Shown: positions 27,892-33,766 of the stretch, one piece after another | Position numbering within the stretch: position 1 is the stretch's first letter | How the letters are laid out: the number at the start of each line of letters is the position of its first letter | From: Ferroacidibacillus organovorans | GTDB lineage: Bacteria; Bacillota; Bacilli; Alicyclobacillales; SLC66 | Assembly: GCF_001642725.1 (NCBI RefSeq) | Contig: NZ_LSUQ01000030.1 | Coordinates: forward strand, 1 to 33,766 | Direction: 5' to 3' | Length of the DNA stretch: 33,766 bases | Position numbers and translations under genes: made by a program | The notes under the pieces: generated by a model | Told to the model about the DNA's origin: nothing | The model's input: only the letters and a program-made list of their open reading frames with translations | Databases searched by the model: none

Positions 27892-28985
27892 CAATGATCA
27901 TCAAGCAGTTAGACTTGATGAATATAAGAAAATATGAATTTGCACAAGCCCTGTTTTCACCAGGGCTAAACATCATTCAAGGGGATAATGCTTCAGGAAA
28001 GACAACCCTTCTTGAAGCGATTTCGCTTTTTTCGATAGGTCATTCTCCCCGAACGGGATCAGATCGAGAATTGATTCGATTCGGAACACCTGAAGCAAAA
28101 TTAAGGATTCAAATCGAGGAAGATATACAAAAAGAATTATCCGTTCGAATTGGTCAAAAGGGAAAACAGATCTGGATTAATCGTGCGCCTAAAAAAAGTT
28201 TAAGCGAACTTTTAGGACAATTGAGAACGGTCATGTTTACTCCTGATGATTTACAAATTGTAAAAGGTGGACCAGATCAGAGACGACGTTTTCTAAATGC
28301 GACGATGGCGCAATATCAGCCAACTTTTTTACGGTCACTCGCAATGTACCAAACGATGTTGCAAAAGCGAAACGCGATGCTGAAAATGAAACAAGATGCC
28401 CTACTTCGTGTATGGGATGAACAAATGGTTGATGCTGCGACAGAGATGATCGTATTTCGAATAGAGACTTTCAAAAAGCTCTTTGCAATAGCAGAATTAA
28501 TTTATAAAGAAATATCCGATAGATCAGAAACATTCCACATCACCTATAAAGGGTGTAGCAAAAAAACGTCGAAACAAGAGATCAAGGAAGATTTACTTAT
28601 GATGTGGGAGACACATCGCCAACAAGATTTCATGCGTGGATTTACAACGGTGGGACCCCATCGAGAGGACATCATTCTAATGATCGACGATCAACCCGCC
28701 ATTGCCTATGCATCACAGGGGCAGCAGAGAACCATAGCGCTTTCACTAAAACTTGCATTTATTGAATTGATCGAAGAGGCGACAGGGCATGTACCTGTGT
28801 TACTATTAGACGATGTGTTTTCAGAATTAGACGCCAAACGTCAACATCGTCTCGTCGACCTCGTCAATCGCACACAAACGATTGTGACAGTAGCCTCAAT
28901 CGAACGAATTCAAACACTTCACGCACAAGCAAATACGAAGTTTTTTTTGACAGCCCACGGTGAGTTGTCAGAGGTCACTGTTTGA
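27888..28985 (+). CDS. recF: DNA replication and repair protein RecF
   Basis: GDNASGKT, KGGPDQRRRFL, VGPHRED, ASQGQQRT, LLLDDVFSELD. Confidence 0.97.
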   Translation: MTMIIKQLDLMNIRKYEFAQALFSPGLNIIQGDNASGKTTLLEAISLFSIGHSPRTGSDRELIRFGTPEAKLRIQIEEDIQKELSVRIGQKGKQIWINRAPKKSLSELLGQLRTVMFTPDDLQIVKGGPDQRRRFLNATMAQYQPTFLRSLAMYQTMLQKRNAMLKMKQDALLRVWDEQMVDAATEMIVFRIETFKKLFAIAELIYKEISDRSETFHITYKGCSKKTSKQEIKEDLLMMWETHRQQDFMRGFTTVGPHREDIILMIDDQPAIAYASQGQQRTIALSLKLAFIELIEEATGHVPVLLLDDVFSELDAKRQHRLVDLVNRTQTIVTVASIERIQTLHAQANTKFFLTAHGELSEVTV

Positions 28986-29012
28986 GATTGGGATTTGAAA
29001 TAAAAGGATGTT

Positions 29013-30988
<1,976 letters not shown>

Positions 30989-31004
30989 GGGGGGAATCTA
31001 AGGG

Positions 31005-33455
31005 ATGGAAGAAATAAGCAAAGTTGTACCGATCAATATTAGTTCAGAGTTACGCGAATCATTTATTGACTACGCGATGAGCGTCATTATCAGTCGCGCC
31101 CTGCCTGATGTTCGTGACGGGTTAAAACCGGTGCATCGCAGGATCATTTTCGGAATGCTTGAGTCAGGGATGACGCCAGACAAAGCGTATAAAAAATCGG
31201 CGCGCGTCGTCGGAGATGTCATGGCAAAGTATCACCCACACGGAGACTCGGCGCTCTATGATGCGCTTGTGCGCCTGGCTCAAGACTTTTCGACACGTTA
31301 CCTGCTCGTTGACGGACACGGCAACTTCGGGAGTGTTGACGGTGATGCGCCTGCAGCCATGCGGTATACCGAGTCTCGTCTTGCGTCGATCGCCATGGAA
31401 TTGGTACGAGACATCAACAAAGATACGGTCGATTTCAAGCCGAACTATGATGACAGCGAGAAGGAACCCGTGGTATTACCTTCACGTTTCCCAAATCTTC
31501 TTGTCAATGGCTCGTCGGGAATCGCCGTGGGGATGGCGACGAACATCCCTCCGCACAACCTGCGGGAAGTGATCGATGGCGTTGTTATGATGATTGATCA
31601 GCCTGATATTACAATAGAAGATCTGATGACTGTGATTAAAGGTCCAGATTTTCCTACATCGGCACTCATTCTAGGTCGCCAGGGCATTCGTCAGGCGTAC
31701 GCAACAGGCCACGGAAGCATCGTGATGCGCGCCGTTCACTCGATCGAAGAAACGGCGAATGGAAAGGTTCGCATCATCGTCACGGAGCTTCCGTATCAAG
31801 TCAATAAAGCGCGACTCATTGAGCGGATCGCAGAGCTCGCACGCGATAAAAAGATTGATGGAATTACCGATTTGCGCGATGAGAGCGACCGCACAGGCAT
31901 GCGCATCGTACTTGAATTGAGGCGGGACGTTCGTCCACAAGTCATTATGAATAACCTCTACAAGCACACGCCGATGCAATCAACATTCGGGATGAATTCG
32001 CTCGCACTCGTTGGGGGTCAACCCAAGGTTCTGAATCTGCGACAGTTTATCTACCACTATCTTGAGCATCAAAAAGAAGTCATTCGTAGACGCACACAGT
32101 ATGATCTTCGCCGTGCACAGGCGCGTGCTCATATCCTCGAAGGACTGCGTATCGCACTCGATCATCTGGACGAGGTAATCGCGCTCATTCGCGGTTCAGC
32201 GACGCCGGATGAGGCGAAGCGCGGTTTGATGGAACACTTCGCGCTCTCCGAAGATCAATCGCAAGCGATTCTCGACATGCGTTTGCAGCGACTGACGGGT
32301 CTTGAGCGTGACAAAATTGAAGAAGAATATCGAGAATTACAGCGCTTAATTGCGGAGTACCAAGCCATTCTGGCGGATGAACAGTTGATGATGGCGGTTA
32401 TTCGCAAAGAGATTCTTGAGGTTCGCGAAAAATATGGTGACGATCGACGCACTCGCATCGTGTCTGAAGAAGGTGCGTTTGATGAGGCGGATCTGATTCA
32501 AGAGCAAGATGTTGTGATCACGATTACGCACGCAGGATACATCAAACGAATCCCGACAAATACCTATCGTACGCAGCGGCGTGGAGGACGTGGCGTGACG
32601 GCTGCGGGTACACGTGAAGAGGACTTTGTCGAACATCTCTTTATCACGTCATCTCACAATATTTTGCTCGTCTTCACCAATAGGGCAAAGGTGTATCGTC
32701 TGATGGCGTATGAAGTGCCTGATTTGACGAGAACAGCTAAAGGCATTCCAATTATCAATCTGCTCAACATCGAGCCTGGAGAGCAAATCTCTGCGGTCAT
32801 TCCCGTCAAACAAGAAGATCTTATGCGTGAAGACCACTACTTGTTTACGGCGACGAAACGTGGAATCGTTAAAAAAACGTCTCTCAACGCATTTGCGAAT
32901 ATCCGCAAGGCTGGCTTGATCGCGCTTAGTCTTCACGATGATGATGAGTTGATCGGTGTACGAATTACAGATGGAAATCAAGAGATCATGATGGGAACAC
33001 GAAACGGGATGTCAATTCGCTTTGCAGAGTCAGATGTCAGGCCGATGGGTCGAGGAGCTGCGGGAGTAAAGGGAATCTCTCTTGACAAAGATGACATCGT
33101 CGTTGGAATGGATGTTCTGATCGACGATGTGACGGTTCTTGCAGTGACAATCAAAGGTTATGGGAAACGCACCAAAGTGGATGAATATCGTGCCCAGTCG
33201 CGCGGTGGCAAGGGTATCAAAACATTGAATGTCACAACAAAAACAGGTCCGATCGCCGGGCTTAAGATGGTCCATGAGTCAGAAGATCTCATGATCATCA
33301 CAAACACGGGTGTGGCAATCCGTATTTCCATCGATACGATCTCAACGCTTGGGCGTAATACGCAAGGTGTGAGATTGATTAACGTGAATGACTCCGAAGT
33401 GAGTACGGTTGCGAGAATCGCCGCGACGGACGAAGATGAGCCTGTCGTTGAGTGA
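31005..33455 (+). CDS. gyrA: DNA gyrase subunit A
   Basis: [30 protein letters not shown] active-site Tyr, GyrA-box QRRGGRG. Confidence 0.98.
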   Translation: MEEISKVVPINISSELRESFIDYAMSVIISRALPDVRDGLKPVHRRIIFGMLESGMTPDKAYKKSARVVGDVMAKYHPHGDSALYDALVRLAQDFSTRYLLVDGHGNFGSVDGDAPAAMRYTESRLASIAMELVRDINKDTVDFKPNYDDSEKEPVVLPSRFPNLLVNGSSGIAVGMATNIPPHNLREVIDGVVMMIDQPDITIEDLMTVIKGPDFPTSALILGRQGIRQAYATGHGSIVMRAVHSIEETANGKVRIIVTELPYQVNKARLIERIAELARDKKIDGITDLRDESDRTGMRIVLELRRDVRPQVIMNNLYKHTPMQSTFGMNSLALVGGQPKVLNLRQFIYHYLEHQKEVIRRRTQYDLRRAQARAHILEGLRIALDHLDEVIALIRGSATPDEAKRGLMEHFALSEDQSQAILDMRLQRLTGLERDKIEEEYRELQRLIAEYQAILADEQLMMAVIRKEILEVREKYGDDRRTRIVSEEGAFDEADLIQEQDVVITITHAGYIKRIPTNTYRTQRRGGRGVTAAGTREEDFVEHLFITSSHNILLVFTNRAKVYRLMAYEVPDLTRTAKGIPIINLLNIEPGEQISAVIPVKQEDLMREDHYLFTATKRGIVKKTSLNAFANIRKAGLIALSLHDDDELIGVRITDGNQEIMMGTRNGMSIRFAESDVRPMGRGAAGVKGISLDKDDIVVGMDVLIDDVTVLAVTIKGYGKRTKVDEYRAQSRGGKGIKTLNVTTKTGPIAGLKMVHESEDLMIITNTGVAIRISIDTISTLGRNTQGVRLINVNDSEVSTVARIAATDEDEPVVE

Positions 33456-33503
33456 GTCATTTCATCTGAAAACTAGTATTAAAAACCGTAAACAGATGCA
33501 CTG

Positions 33504-33538
33504 GAAATCCCGTGGCGAAGATGCTGCGGGATTTCTTT
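33504..33538 (+). terminator. intrinsic terminator after gyrA
   Basis: GAAATCCCGTGGC-GAAGAT-GCTGCGGGATTTC followed by TTT. Confidence 0.7.
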
Positions 33539-33584
33539 ACGTTCCTATGCGCCTTATGCTAGCATGGAATGTGGAGGTGTCTAT

Positions 33585-33689
33585 ATGGAATTTTTGATTG
33601 AACAGGGCGGCTTTATTCTTGCTCTAATCACCTTTCTTTTCATGGTCGCGATCATTGCGAATCTTGTTCTTCCACATCGAGAAAGATAG
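33585..33689 (+). CDS. putative 34-aa single-pass membrane peptide (not in ORF track)
   Basis: RBS GGAGGTG 5 nt before ATG; translates as MEFLIEQGGFILALITFLFMVAIIANLVLPHRER*. Confidence 0.65.
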   Translation: MEFLIEQGGFILALITFLFMVAIIANLVLPHRER

Positions 33690-33736
33690 TTTTTGGAATG
33701 GATACAAATTCCAGTATAAAATGTGGGATAAAAGGT

Positions 33737-33765
33737 TTGACATGATGCGCGAGGGGTGATATATT
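33737..33765 (+). promoter_or_regulatory. strong sigmaA promoter reading out of the window
   Basis: TTGACA-17 bp-TATATT with a TGn extension. The target lies outside the window. Confidence 0.75.
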
Positions 33766-33766
33766 A

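Noticed and set aside
31230..31270. GyrA quinolone-resistance-determining region
   Set aside because: HGDSALYD keeps the usual Ser and acidic residues, so no resistance substitution is evident.

Overview
This is the replication-origin (oriC) region of an endospore-forming Firmicute. The gene set and order suggest an early-branching Bacilli lineage such as Alicyclobacillaceae, which is inference only. On the + strand right of the origin lie dnaA-[oriC]-dnaN-yaaA-recF-gyrB-gyrA. On the - strand to the left lie rpmH-rnpA-yidD-yidC-jag-mnmE-mnmG-rsmG-noc-soj-spo0J, a cysteine desulfurase, DUF554, DUF4446, (yyaC on +), a CvpA-like gene, DUF951, yyaE, ychF, rpsF-ssb-rpsR, yybS-rplI-lonC-dnaB and a hypothetical gene. 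Most of the window is conserved housekeeping. Supported non-coding features are DnaA-box clusters with two perfect palindromes, a DnaA-trio unwinding element, two parS sites inside spo0J, two Noc-binding-like sites, an S6:S18 RNA leader, and several sigmaA promoters and terminators. Departures worth checking: (1) the left edge holds the first 15 codons of a MerR-type HTH protein resembling IS607-family TnpA, apparently leaderless, with phased short repeats over its promoter; (2) two unannotated small ORFs with strong RBSs (a 35-aa Arg-rich peptide and a 34-aa membrane peptide); (3) an orphan Kin-type PAS histidine kinase between rpsR and yybS, with gdpP absent from its usual place; (4) a LonC protease between rplI and dnaB; (5) a Noc whose membrane-targeting helix looks degenerate. 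No rRNA, tRNA or CRISPR array is visible, and no complete novel system can be shown from this window alone.
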